In this document: in pieces, positions 1 to 13,296 of the stretch
How the letters are laid out: each line of letters starts with the position of its first letter
Numbering within the stretch: position 1 is the first letter of the stretch
Assembly (NCBI RefSeq): GCF_964194155.1
Contig: NC_135884.1
Span: 60,636,001-60,700,000 of the forward strand
Source of the DNA: Cetorhinus maximus
Taxonomy: Eukaryota
Direction: 5' to 3'
Length of the DNA: 64,000 nt
The notes under the pieces: model-generated
Seen by the model: only the letters and a program-made list of their open reading frames with translations
What the model was told of the DNA's origin: nothing
The model's database searches: none
Program-made: the position numbers and the translations under genes

Positions 1-110
1 CAGGAAAGTGGAATTAAGGCCTCAGTCAGATCAGCCATGATCTTATTGAATGGCGCAGCAGGCTCAAGGAGCCGAATGGCCTACTCCTGCTCCCATTTTG
101 TATGATCTTA
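1..110 (+). mobile_element. 3' tail of CR1-type LINE (family A) or of a SINE sharing that tail
   Basis: gatcagccatgatcttattgaatggcgcagcaggctc...gaatggcctactcctgctcc; the same tail ends the CR1 copies at 23160 and 30800 (minus strand). Confidence 0.8.
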
Positions 111-2619
111 TCGTCTTAGGTTCATGTTTGGACACACTCAATAAGCTTGAGAAATATACCTCTTAAAAGTCTACTATTGTCTCAGAAACCTATACAGTCT
201 ACACAAACCTAATCCCAAACACAAACCAGTCTGTACAACCTAAACAAAAATACAGTCCCTATTTTTAAATTACTAGTGCCATACTGAGAATCATTTTGTT
301 TGTATACTCCTCTCGGTGTTAATTACTACCCAATACATTTTATAAGTACATTAAGTGAAAAATAAGAATGAATTCCTGCACAGATAACCTTTCTTTTACC
401 AGATGAAATGTGATGCATATTGAGTGATGGAACATGGTTAAAGAGATGCATTTATATAAAATAGGAACAAAATAAATAGATAGGAATAGATTGACAAGAA
501 GTGACAAAACAGTGAATGATGAAAGCAATATATTTTTATGAAGAACTAAAATGGACAGAATCTGGAATACCAAAAGATAAGGAAAAATAATTTTAAAAAT
601 CAGGAAACTCAGTTGAAGGTACAGAATGAAATTACTGATGTCTCATTCAAGAAACCTGACTAAAGGAAGCTGACATTTTCTCCATTCAGTATTGTCAGTT
701 CTTGAATGAGTGTACACAAATTTGGGTTTGCCATAAATGCCTTCTTGGATTCAGTGGTGTCAGTCACTGCCTTAAGCAGCCATTATGTTTATGGGAACTG
801 ATTCACACTACTCTGTTTCTGTTTGCACAGGAACATAACCCAGGGATTAATAATAGCATCCCTTTGCGATCTGCACCTAAATATTTGTGTCTTATGTATA
901 TGTTTCTCCAATCTTAGAATGATGATTGAGAAAATTCCTGTTGAGGTGAGATTTGATGTGAATTGATTCTTATCTCCTATCAGGTGAACACTCGTTATCA
1001 GCATCACTTACTTCCATCAACATGACTTCCCCCTGCATGACATAAAAAATAATGATTGCATCATGCTATCCTACTTTGGTGGATATTCGTGCTTCAGTCA
1101 AAGTTGGTTTTCGAACACGTTTTACCCATATCCATCTTTTACCTCACCGACCCTTTAATGCCGAGCTGTAGCTTTCATAGCTCTTTTGTTTTAAAGCCTG
1201 GTTCCAGGGTTAGCTTAGTCCAACTTACCCCTTTCCTGAAGAGCAGAGTCCATCAGCAATCAAGTTCACTGGATCAAGTGGATGTAGAAGTAATGAGTGT
1301 ATATGATCAGTAGACTGTCTCTTTCAGTGTCTTCAGCACAACGATTTCGATGCTGTGTCTGAAAACCATCCTAAACCTGCCAGTCTTGTTGTCCTATGAA
1401 TCCAACTCCTTATGGGGACTACACTTTACTCAGTATTAGTATTTTTAACATATATTACACTCAAGATGTCATAATTTGAACTTCAGAAACATGGGTGCCT
1501 ATAATGCCTTTGTATATTAGTTGCATGTCCTGTGTTGCATACAGGAAGTCAAGATCAGATGTAGTCATCGAGCAAAAAGGAGTTAGAGGGCGTGGAATAA
1601 TTGAACCTGACCACACAGCCATAATACAATTACCATTTTAAAGACAGACACACTGTTCTTATCTGCATAAATATTGATTTATATTATTTGTAATTAAATT
1701 AAACTAAGGTATGGCAACTTGAGAAGTGCAGAAGTAAATCTGGCTGGAGCATTTGAGCTTCTTTGCAGTACAGATGGTGTAGCTGGGACACATAAAACTG
1801 AAGTACCGCATTGCTACCACTTGTGAGAGGATGTAAATAAAGTGTGATGAACTATTATAGACAGGTTGCATTGTAAACGTGGGCATGGGAATTAATAATG
1901 AAGGGGCCTTCTCCTTTAAGTATGCTATTGAGAGCTTCATGGTGTTACATATGACTAAATGATGCACCTGGAAGAGGAAATTGACTGTTTAGAACCAGAG
2001 TGTTAAAGGTAAGATTTCTGCACAGAGACTGTCCCTTAAATACATGATAAGTACAAAGTCTAGGCACTGGTACGGTTGCAACCTTCCAGGATCATCGTAG
2101 TTCTCCAGAGATTAAAAATTAATCTCCTGGACATTGCTGTGAGCGACCCAGGAGAAAAAATTACAAGGCCATTAAGGAACATTGCGTTTATTTTTCATTT
2201 TAAATACTTCCATTTTTTAAAAAATGGAAATGGGGGGGAAATTTCAATTGACTTAGAGGCAGAAGGTCATGCAATGAATCTCAAGCTTTGAGATATATAG
2301 ATTCAGAGTGGCCTGTTCTTCACAGACATGCTACACTTATCATGTGTCATGTCTCAATGTCACAGTGATGATTATTGGCAGACTATTCATCTTTTGCAAA
2401 TTAGGCAGATCAGTAAGTTAACACTGGATAGTAATTGGGAGTGGGAGCACTGGCAATTTTTCTCTTCTGTAGTCCAGGGATGCTGAGTCCAATTGTATGA
2501 ACTCATCTGTCACTAACTCAGCATAGACTTGGAACGCAACATGAGTCCCCATGATCTGAGAGACTCAGCTTCATGCCACCTTTACCAGTTGAGTCTTCAG
2601 GGCAAGTTTCCACATCAAT

Positions 2620-3364
2620 GAACAGCATGACACTAGGAAGTTCTGAGGAACAAAGGGACCTTGGCGTGTGTGTCCATAGATCTCTGAAGGCAGAGGGGCA
2701 TGTTAGTGGGGTGGTGAAAAAGGTATATGGGGCACTTACCTTTATCAATCGAGGCATAGATTACAAAAGTAGGGAGGTCATGTTGGAGTTGTATAGAACC
2801 TTGGTGAGGCCACAGCTGGAGTACTGTGTGCAGTTCTGGTCGCCACATTATAGGAAAGATGTGTTTGCACTGGAGCGGGTGCAGAGGAGATTCACCAGGA
2901 TGTTGCCTGGGACGAAACATTTAAGTTATGAAGAGAGGTTGGGTAGACTTGGGTTGTTTTCGTTGGAGCAGAGAAGACTGAGGGGCGACCTGATCGAGGT
3001 GTACAAGATTATGAAGGGCATGGACAGGGTGGATAGGGAGCAGCTGCTCCCCTTAGTTGAAGGGTCAGTCTCAAGGGGACATAAGTTCAAGGTGAGGGGC
3101 AGGACGTTTAGGGGGGATGTGAGGAAAAACATTTTACCCAGAGGGTGGTGATGGTCTGGAATGCACTGTCTGGGAGGGTGGTGGAGGCGGGTTGCCTCTC
3201 ATCCTTTAAAAAGTACCTGGATGAATACTTGGCATGTCATAACATTCAAGGCTATGGGCCAAGCGCTGGTAAATGGGATTAGGTAGGTAGGTCAGGTGTT
3301 TCTCACATGTCGGTGCAGACTCGATGGGCCAAAGGGCCTCTTCTGCACTGTGATTCTGTGATTC
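2620..3364 (+). mobile_element. 5'-truncated CR1 LINE (family A), ORF2 C-terminus plus 3' UTR
   Basis: ORF 2573-3151 encodes RDLGV..LYRTLVRPQLEYCVQFWSPHYRKDV..LERVQRRFTRM..LGLFSLEQRRLRGDLIEVYKIM; ends in short repeat (tgattctg)n. Confidence 0.95.
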
Positions 3365-4069
3365 CAGCAATGTGTCAAACCAGAGTTTGCAGCACTGGGC
3401 ATTGGAAGCTACATCATATGATGCCAGCATACAAATGTTAACATAGCCATTTGAAGTTTCTTTGGCAGATAATAAATGGGTCAGCGCCTCTACTAAAGTG
3501 GTTGAGAAGGCATTCTGAGATAAACAAGTCATGCTCTGTACATTAGTATTCCATTATGTCAATTCAGAATCCCAGAATCAGTTGACTTGTGCAACTCCAT
3601 TGAACAGTGGTACAAGAAAAATTTGGAAATATGAAAAACACAAGTTACTTGGTAATTATAGTTTACTGTCTTGGAACAAAATGATTTGATAATTGCATAA
3701 TAAAAAGTAATTTATTTCACTGTGTGCTAAAGTCACGTACTTTGAATTCAGAAATAAATTTGGCAGATTGCTACCACAAATGATTAAATGAGAACACAGG
3801 ATTCTTGCTCAACCTATTATTCATGTTACATTGAGATCCTATTAATTGGCTTCAATAAAAACTGTTTAATTCTGTGTTTACTTAATCCATTTAAGAGATG
3901 AATGAGCTATATAGAGAATTTGTGATACGTTAAAATATAATTCACTGGTGACTTTGTAATTCACAGGCAGCTAAGTTAAAGATGACTTGTGAAATTACCC
4001 TCATTAGTTCGTCATTGATGGGTGTTCTCTTTTCATGGTCAGATTTTGTCCAAGCGCCATTCACCCCAA

Positions 4070-4771
4070 AGAATTTTTGCCCACAGAGTTGCTGAAAATG
4101 TGAACTGATAATCATGGAGTGAGGGAAACAGGGCATCTGATACCTGAATGAATAGGCAACCAACAGCATATCTCTAACCAATGCACGTCAAGGAGTGGGA
4201 AATGAACAGTGGAAGGACTGAGACGGAAGATAAATTAAAGAGGTCAAACTCAATGTCAAATCAGGTACAGAAAGAAAAATAAAGAGAGGAGAAAAAGATA
4301 GGAATAAGAGAGTGAGTAAATCAAAAGATGGAAAGGGAAAGTAAAAAGTCTCAAACTCTAAGGTTTATCATTTTTAAATTTGCTAAATCAATTCACAACC
4401 TGCAGCAATGAGACCCCACATTTGTCATTGGTGACTGTTGGTGCCAGAGAGGGTGATTAATACTACTCATGTCAATAAAAGAGTCCATACACTTGTAATT
4501 AATAATTCCAAATATCTCCAGCAGGTTTAGTTCCTAACTAAGATATAAATCGAGTAACGACATGCCATTAAATGCCTTTCCATGGTGAACTAGACAGCAA
4601 GATATTGTTTTCACGAAACTAATGGTGGAGTGATGCAACTCTGACAGTGGCCTTTAGATATTCACATTTAACCATGCACCTGCCCCTCGCCTGAATTTGC
4701 TGTGCCATTTATGCATAGATAACGGCAAGTGCCATAATACCCACCATTACCTTGACAGCAAAAACTGGCCC
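4070..4771. repeat. Old non-autonomous DNA-transposon-like interspersed repeat
   Basis: Ends gcaaaaactggccc; shares a cacatttaac..gcac..ctgaa(t/g)ttgctg motif with 23730-23900 and 39090-39380. Confidence 0.4.
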
Positions 4772-5145
4772 ATTTTTTAAAGAAGTAATAATGAGGCCTC
4801 TCTAGCTAACTCATTATTTCAGTGCATGTTCAGCATTCAAGGCATTTTCTTCCATCCCATTCCTTTCCACTCTCCCCATGTCACTTGACTTGCTATTGAG
4901 TTTGCGTATTTGCAATTACATGGACTTCTTTATTCGTATTTTGAGCGTCAAAGAGCAGTCCTCAAGCAGGGATGGATATGGTTGATACAAAGCACTCCCT
5001 TTCCTGTTGTACCTGTCCACTGATGTTCTCTGTGGGCAAGAAATGGGAATAGGTCTATGTTTTCTGTACCTCCAAATTCCTTTCTCAGGACCTGCTGAAT
5101 TCTGGACATAGAGCGTAAGATCCCCTTCTATAATGCAAGGGGAAG

Positions 5146-5297
5146 GGCAATTTTAACCTATCCCATCAGGTGAGAAGTGGGAAGGTTGGCCGAAGTCTGT
5201 TTTACATCTCACTGTTTATGGTTTTCAGTTGAGAATAAAATCAGGGCAGGGTGTTAAGCAGGTGACCGATCTGAATCATTTGGTTAAAGCTAAACCC
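5146..5297. mobile_element. MITE-like imperfect hairpin
   Basis: Termini gggcaattttaacc / ggttaaagctaaaccc are imperfect inverted repeats; interior loosely palindromic. Confidence 0.45.
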
Positions 5298-5304
5298 ATG
5301 GTGC

Positions 5305-5835
5305 CAGCTGACCTGCAGCCTCAGAGTAGGGTAAAGAACACATTGCCAGTGGTTATAAAGGTGACTAGAAAGGTGGTCTTGAACTTCTGCACATCAAGCT
5401 GCTTCTAGACTGCAGCAAGTGACATCTCCAACATCTTATGCTGCTTCATCCAGTGCTGAAAAAGGGAGGTCACTGATGCAAAGAGAATCAAATGCATTGC
5501 ATTCTCTTTTTTTCTAGAGAGAAACAGGTAGAGCATACACCTTGGTCAGAATAGTGGGCTTACACGTGGTTCAGGGAGCTATTAACTGCATACACATTGC
5601 TTTGTGGACACAGCATCTAAATTTTGAAGTGGAGAGCAAACACAAAGGTTCCACTCCGCAATGTCCAGCTGGTGCGCGGTCATATTCAACACATCATACA
5701 GATCAGTGCCCAGGATCATGACAGCAGTAATGATGCCTCTATTCTGCATCAGTCTGCTACACCACCAACATTTGAGCCATCATGAGGAACCAGAGGATGG
5801 TTAGTGGACGAGAAGGGCTAACTAGCTCATGAGAG
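5305..5835 (+). pseudogene. Decayed Harbinger/PIF (HARBI1-like) DDE transposase
   Basis: Manual translation across frameshifts gives DLQPQ..LPVVIKVT..LNF..EVTDA..VQGAINCIHIAL..NVQLV..GWLVDEKGY, collinear with the transposase at 47583-49210. Confidence 0.8.
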
Positions 5836-5859
5836 CGACCCAAATATGTGGGCAGCCAA

Positions 5860-7475
5860 TTTTTAAATTCATTCATGGGATGTGAGCTTCACTGGCTAGG
5901 CCAGCATTTATTGCCCATTACTAGTTGCCCTTGAGAAGGTGGTGGTGAGCTGCCTTCTTGAACCTCTGCAGTCCATCTGGTTCAGGCACACCCACAGTGC
6001 TGTTAGGAAGGGAGTTCCAGGTTTTTCACCCACTGACAGTGAAGGAGCAGCGATATATTTCCAAGTCAGGTTGGTGAGTGACTTGGAGGGGAACCTCCAG
6101 GGGGTGGTGTTCCCATCTATCTGCTGCCCTTGTCCTTCTAGGGTAGTCGTGGGTTTGGAAGGTGCTGTCTAAGGAGTCTTGGTGAATTCCTGCAGTGCAG
6201 CTTGTAGATGGTACACACTGCTGCTACTGTGCATCGGTGGTGGAGGGAATGAATATTTGTGGATGTGGTGCCAATCAAGTGGGCTGCTTTGTCTTGGACG
6301 GTGTCCAGCTTCTTGAGTGTTGTGGGAACTGCACTCATCCAGGCAAGTGGGGAGTATTCCTTGTGCTTTGTAGTTGGTGGATAGGCTTTGGGGAGTCAGG
6401 AGGTGAATTGCTGGTCGCAATATTCCTAATTCCTGACCTGCTCTTGTAGCCACAGTATTTATATGGCTAGTCCAGTTCAGTTTCTGGTCAGTGGTAACCC
6501 CCAGGATGTTGATAGTGGGGGATTTAGTGATGGTAATGCCATTGAACATCAAGGGGCGATGGTTAGATTCTCTCTTGTTGGAGATGGTCATTGCCTGACA
6601 CTTGCGTGGTGCAAACGTTACTTTCCACTAGTCAGCCCAAGCCTCGATATTGTCCAGGTCTTGCTGCATTTGGACATGGACTGCTTCAGTATCTGAGGAG
6701 TCGCGAATGGTGCTGAACATTATGCAATCATCAGCGAACATCCCCACTTCTGACCTTATGATGGAAGGAAGGTCATTGATGAAGCAGCTGAAGATGATTG
6801 GGGCTAAGACACTACTCTGAGGAACTCCTGCAGTGATGTCCTGGAGCTGAGATGACTGACCTCTAACAACCACAACCATCTTCCTTTGTGCTAGGTATGA
6901 TTCCAACCAGTGGAGAGTTTTCCCCCGATTCCCATTGACTACAGTTTTGTTAGGGCTCCTTGATGCCGCACTCGGTCAAATGCTGCCTTGATGTCAAATG
7001 CAGTCACTCTCACTTCACTTCAGGAGTTCAGTTCTTTTGTCCATGTTTGAACCAAGGCTGTAATGAGGTCAGGAGCTGAGTGGCCCTGGCGGAACCCAAA
7101 CTGGACTTCAGTGAGCAGATTATTGCTAAGCAAGTGTTGCTTGATAGCACTGTTGATGATTCCTTCCATTACTTTACTGATGATTGAGAGTAGGCTGGTG
7201 GGGCAGTAACTGATCGGATTGGACTTGTCCTACTTTTTATGTACAGAACGTACCTGGGCAATTTTCCACATAGCTGGGTAACGCCAATGTTGTAGCTGTA
7301 CTAGAACAGCTTGGCTATGGGAATGGCAAGTTCTGGAGCACAAGTCTTCAGCACTATTGCTGGAATATTGTCAGGGCCCATAGCCTTTGCTGTATCCAGT
7401 GTCTTCAGCCATTTCTTGATATCACGTAGAGTGCGTCGAATTGCCTGAAGACTGGCAACTGTGATACTCCGGGAC
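5860..7475 (-). mobile_element. 5'-truncated LINE family B (CR1/Zenon-like), RT and 3' tail
   Basis: ORFs 7301-7492 (KAMGPDNIP), 6628-6906 (GVPQSSVLAP..MFADD), 6169-6591, 6138-6338 (SLHHR..VAAVCTIYK); tail ggcaataaatgctggcctagccag..catgaatgaat. Confidence 0.92.
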
Positions 7476-8239
7476 ACGTGCCAGTGTCTCACTTGGCATG
7501 GATTCCGCCTAGGCTCCCCTTTAAAGCACGCATAGTATATCTGGTGGCTGCAAGTGTGAGAACGAGTGATGGGGTTTCTTCTTCATCACTGAATTCTTTG
7601 TATTCATATCTTGCTGCTGCACCACTGCCTGGCCAGGTGGTAATTCTTGCCTGGCCAGGTGTATCTGAAAGCAGGAAGGCTCAAGGGTAGGATTGTGATG
7701 ATGGGGAGTTAGGGATAATTAGATGTGCATGCTTACGCCATCTATAGCTTGTAATTCAGAACAGATTGTGGCATGAGGGGAAAGTGGGATCTGAGGAGAA
7801 TTAAGAATGAATACATTGTCACTTGCAATAGTTTCAGCCCTACTATTGGCCATTCCCTCAGCAACGGCCACCCCAATGACGGCTAGAACCCATCTTGTCC
7901 ATCAGCTGTGCCCGTACTTCATTGGCTGGACTCTGCAACCTGTGCAATGCCTTTTCCTTTGAGAGAGAGGGAAGTGTGTCAGTAACTGTGGTGCAATGTC
8001 TGTACGTGATGTGTCTTTCATGGTTGAATAGCTGGCAGTATGTGTAAGCTCTGAGATGTGCTTGTGAGTCTTGCAGTAATGCTGTTTGTATGAGGAGGAT
8101 GGTGTGAAGCTATGAAGGTGAGGTATAAGTCATAATTGCTAGGGATTTTTGGAAGATGGGTAATGGGATGTGATGCATTGAACAAGAGTGTGAGACTAAT
8201 GGTAAAGTTCTTGGGATATGACATTTGAAGATGCATTCA

Positions 8240-8460
8240 CTAACCTTGACCATTCGTGAGGTCATTGAACATCTTGTGGCACTATATTCAGGTCCTTGGG
8301 GCTACACTGCTGGGCATTGACCCTGACCGTCAAATGCTCCCACTGCCTTTGCAGTGTTTGAGCCTCTTGGTCCCATGTAGATGGAGAATCTCTCTCCTCT
8401 TGCCTCCAATGCTGCGTCAAAGAACTTGAAGTACAACCTCTGCACTTTTATGCCATTCCT
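8240..8460 (-). pseudogene. Decayed Myb/SANT-like gene of a Harbinger element, exon 1
   Basis: Minus strand reads FFDAALEA..QWE..SVAPRT..CHKMFNDL..VK followed by gttagt donor; homologous to the 45598-45838 exon; convergent with the transposase at 5305. Confidence 0.65.
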
Positions 8461-8749
8461 GTGTCCTTCCCTGGTCCAACTCACATCCAGAATGACTGAG
8501 TACCTGCTCCAGTTAAAACGCATCTTCCTTTTAAGAGTGGAATGGTGACTGTACTTCTAAAACAGTAAATTAGAATATGTGAAGTATTTTGGGACACACT
8601 CACACCCTTGATAAAATGCTGTACATGTTCAAGACTTTCCTTCCACTTTTATCCATCTTTATTTTTATCTTTATTAAGTCACCAAAACTGGATGCAGCAC
8701 TAACCTTCCCACAAATACTTTATGGACAATTTATTCATTTATCCCAACA

Positions 8750-10460
8750 TTGTGTTTTTGTTTTCTGTAACATTGCTGCTATATAATCTGATGATATTTT
8801 ATAAGCTAATTTTCCCTTTCATATCTGTCATTTTATACACTCTTTATTTCTCTAACGTGATCCTGCATTTTGCAATGTTAAATGTCATTTGCAATTCATC
8901 TGATGAATAGATTGATCTCTAGATTTCTTTGAACTACACCAACTCCATTGAAACAGTCCATTTTCCTAAACTATAGATATTTGATTTGCATGGTGATACC
9001 TTCTAATAAACCTCAGAAGAAGTGGCCCCGCTGGTGATGCCTGGAAGACTGTTGACTCCTGCAAGCCATTTGAAGCTGCAGTTGTCTTTTGATTCAAGTT
9101 TTTGAGCACTAAATTCTCACTTTTCTAAAGTGCTTTATTTGAATTATTGGATAAATCTTTTTTTTTACTGCTAAAATAGCTCTGAATGATCAAAAACAGG
9201 CTGTCACACCATTGATACTTATTCTTGAACTATCGCCTGCTTCCCATTCAAATTGTCATCCGCTCTTTGATTGCAAGGAGTTCCATTGTGTTCATGAGAC
9301 AGCTGTGAATGATTTTATCAAATGCTTTCTGAAAGTTGAGATGTAATATATCAACTGTATTACCCTCAACCACAAACTCAAGAGCATCTTCAAAGAACAC
9401 AAATGCATTTTTCTTGTTAATGAGTGCCTTTAATGAATCCGTGTTGGATTCTATTTCTAGTCTTTACTGCCACAAGGTGAATCTCAGTTATCTCCTCTGT
9501 AATAAACTCCAGTATTTCTTTTGCTGAGTACCAGATGTCAAGCTATCAGGTCTGCAATATTTTGGGTAGAGTTGTTGAGCTGGAAGCTATGTTTAATCAA
9601 ACTCAGCCTGAAACATTATATATTACCATACTGACCAATGACATTGTGAAAATTATCATCTTAATCCAAAATCTGTGCATTCTGGTAACTAACATTTTGG
9701 ACAAACTATTCGTCATCCATAAAAGTCAAGTTTGATTGATTTTAAAAAAAGCATAGTCTATAATTTTGTACAGTGAACTCTATATAAATCAAGACTAATT
9801 TCATATTTATTAATCACTCTTGATGTAGATCCTGCTTTTAACTGAATGAAGTATTCCTACTTGTCAATACTTCAATTTAATTGTTTGGGAATAAACATAT
9901 TCATTTAATGACATTCACATGTTGCAACCTTGATTCCCTTTGCCACGTCCCTACAACTATATTCTCTCTGATAACTTTTCAACACAATGCGGTACCATAC
10001 AGGGCTGCCCTTTTCTCTTGGATAACCCCTTGATTCAGCAGCATGAACTCATTTTGCCACATAGCTTGTTCCAATTCATAGACTATATTTCATGTCCTTG
10101 CTTGTAGATTCAATACCCCTTTATTTTTAGATAACTAAGCAATATATCTAAGAAGATGCACACAATTCCTTGAACTTCTTTGAAGTGCATGCCTTACTGA
10201 TCTTCATATTCCTTGTATATTCCTGGGTGAAAGTGGCAGCCAGCAATCTCCATTAATGAAAACATATATAAAAATACATCTAACACAACTACTGTTGCGA
10301 ATTTATACTCAAGTAATCACATAAAGGATCTATCTTCAATCATTTAATTTTTAAGTGTCTGCAAACAATTGCTTAGAGTCCTTTTGTTGTCTGTAATTCC
10401 TGTTGTCATCTTATAATTCCTTGCAGTCACTTTAGTCATCTTCAGCTGACTTTGAGATGA
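8750..10460 (-). mobile_element. Ancient, heavily decayed CR1-type LINE ORF2
   Basis: Minus strand near 9310-9410 reads FFEDALEFVVEGNTVDILHLNFQKAFDKI; near 8860-8895 QMTFNIAKC. Confidence 0.65.
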
Positions 10461-10489
10461 TGCCTGGTCATTGTACATTGTAAAAGAAA

Positions 10490-10880
10490 GCAAAATTATG
10501 TGCATTTATATAGCATTTTTCAGGACCACTGGACATCTCAAAGCCCTTTGCAGTCAATGAAGTAGTTTTCAAGTGTAGTGACTGTTGTAATGTAGGAAAC
10601 TCAGTGGACAAGTTGCACACAGCAAGCTCCCACAGACAGCAATGTGTTTATGACCAGATAATCTGTTTGTTTTTGTGATGTTGATTGAGGGATAGGTATT
10701 AGTCAGAGCACCAGGGATAATTCCCCTGCTCTTCTTCGAAATAATGCCCTGGGACTTTTTACATCCACCTGAGCAGGCAGCTGGGGCCTCGGTCTAATGC
10801 CTCAGCGGTAATATGGCATCTCTGACAGTGCTGTTCTCCCTCAGTACTACACTGGAGCGTCAGCCTTGATTTTTATTTTA
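10490..10880 (-). mobile_element. Deu-domain SINE (SacSINE1-like), head missing
   Basis: tgcatttatatagc..gcacacagcaagctcccacagacagcaatg..ttttacatccacctgag; matches copies at 15758 and 37350. Confidence 0.8.
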
Positions 10881-13296
10881 AAAATAATTCAAATTCCTAT
10901 CAAGATCAGAATTGATATTATTTGGCAGTTACAGCCCTCATTTATTTTATTTTCTTCATGGGAATATTTTTCCTTTCCAAGTCTCTACCGTAAAATGTTT
11001 TTCTCTGTTATTGGATTTCTTGAGTCCTGCTTCATACTTAATCCTCTCTACCACTCCATTCATGCTCAAAACATGCTCCTCTAAATTTGTGCATCTCTTT
11101 GATATTTTTGGTGCTCTCCTTTATTACAACACCAGATTTGTTCTCATTAAAACGAAGGGCCTTATTTTATACTTTCAGTTAAGATAAGGCTGCAAGGTTT
11201 TTTACTCAATTAGTGATTGAATCATGAATGACTAAAGCCATGTCAACCCTTTCCATCAGTCATAAGTTTTACTGTTTCCATAAAACTCATTTTGTTAGCC
11301 CGAATGTTATATTTAATGTGAACTGACTGGCATCTCGTGGTTTTTGTCATAATCTTTTATATCGCTAATCTGTCACTATTCGTACTTATTTTGCAGAATA
11401 TAGAATGAACTGAACCACATCAATTTTTTTTTCCTGAATTATATTAAGCCATTTTCGCTGTGTCATTTTCACGAGCCTCATTAGTCTTGTTAGCCCATTC
11501 CATTCTTATTGGTCAGGCCGTTGCAATAAATCACTCAGTAGATATCTCCATGCACAGTCCCCTCTTTATTAAGCCTTACTAAGTGATGGGGAATGGGAAT
11601 TTCTCCTCCTCCTAGTTCTACTCCACCATCTGCCCTCATGTTTGCAGTGAGATGGAGTAAATAAACTCTGTAAGCAAAAGTGGAGCATGGATGTAATTGG
11701 GATTTCAGCTTGTCACTCCCTGTCAATAGTGTTAGATACTGGTGTGTAATGGGGCAGGAGGAGGAATTTTCTCAGCAATCCCATTTGAAATCAGGCAGGA
11801 ACACTGCACAGAATGTGGAAAAATTTTGGCCAACTGCGAACTCACTGTTCCAAATGGAATTTCATTATACCCCCTGCTGTTACCACTGCCGGCCACTCCT
11901 TCCCCTCCTGTCCCGTAGCAATTGTGGCCGTCAGGGAGTGACAAGGGTCCAAGGGTGGGGATGTAAGACCAGGATCTCTGAAAAATTTCCTTTCTGCCCA
12001 CTCCACTAACTGTCAGTTCCTGGTTCCTCCAAGTTGGCAGTGACAGTGGATCCCAGGAAGCAGCACTTAAAACAAAAGCCGCCCCTCCTGAGGTGAGTGG
12101 GCCTTGGAGCAAATTTCACTCACTCCAGTTGTTCCAAAATGCTTACCTACTCAAGCTGAGGCCTTAAATGGGAGACTTTTTCCGCATCTTTGAGATAATT
12201 TTCTTCCTTTGAAGGCTCCACGTCACATCTTCTTATGCTATGGTATCGTCCCTGCTGCAGCACTGCCAGGGGTTTATGCACTTGAACTGGCAGGCTCTGC
12301 CTTGCCAGCAGGACTCTCGCCAGAAGCCCGCTGTGTGTGCAGTTGAATGCCAAGGCAGGGAAATGACTTGGGTTTGGAGCCTGTCCAGGGGAGAAGGTTG
12401 AAATCTCATCCATCCTGAAAAGGAAAATCCTGGCATCAAAGTCTGACTGTGTATTTGAAGAGGTTTTCAATTAGTATTCCCTGCTGTTTTATAAATAGAC
12501 AATGTTTGTTTGAACATCAGACATCATCTCCCTGCTTTGAGATGCTCCAGTGGTATTATTGATGCCAAGCCACTTGCCTTGTTTGCTATATGGGGCCAGG
12601 CAAGTATACAAAGCTGAGCAATGCTACGAGAACACGACACAGACAAAGCTGTGCAGAACATTGCAAACTATATTACAGTCACACAACTGCCAGAGTAGCC
12701 TAAAGCTAAGAGTCGTTTAGATCAGTGATAATCTCAGATGCATGGGCTCGAGCCTACAGACCAGCCATGGCTACAGCTGGCGGAGGGGTGAAGATTTTGA
12801 CTATGATGAGGAGACTGCTGGCTGGCACAAAGGTGGCCTTAGACTTCCTTATCAGGCTTGGAGGAAAGCTCTTGTATTTCCTGACCTATAGGAAATATAA
12901 CCAGAAGAGCTGATGTATTTAAAAAAAAAAGTTATGAATACTCTTACTGGTTTATTTTTTCATTAAACTGTGTGCATGTTCACCTGGGCGGGAGGGATGA
13001 GAAAGGGGCAGTTTCAATGTAACCCACTCATGCATGTTTCTGTCCTTTAACGTTTCCACATTACATTGGAGTGAACCATGGATGTATACTTGCTTGATGG
13101 GTCTTTAAATTACATTGACAAAACCATTGAACAGGTACTCTTAAATCTAGTTATTCTGCTGTAGAAAATCAGCAATGCTAATTGACAATTTCTTCAAATG
13201 CACACAATAAGGCCCTGATTTTAATTGCTCCTGCCTGGTGGAAACTGGATAGCTGGGCAGTTAAAATGCAGTCAGTCACTGACCCCATTGATCCTT

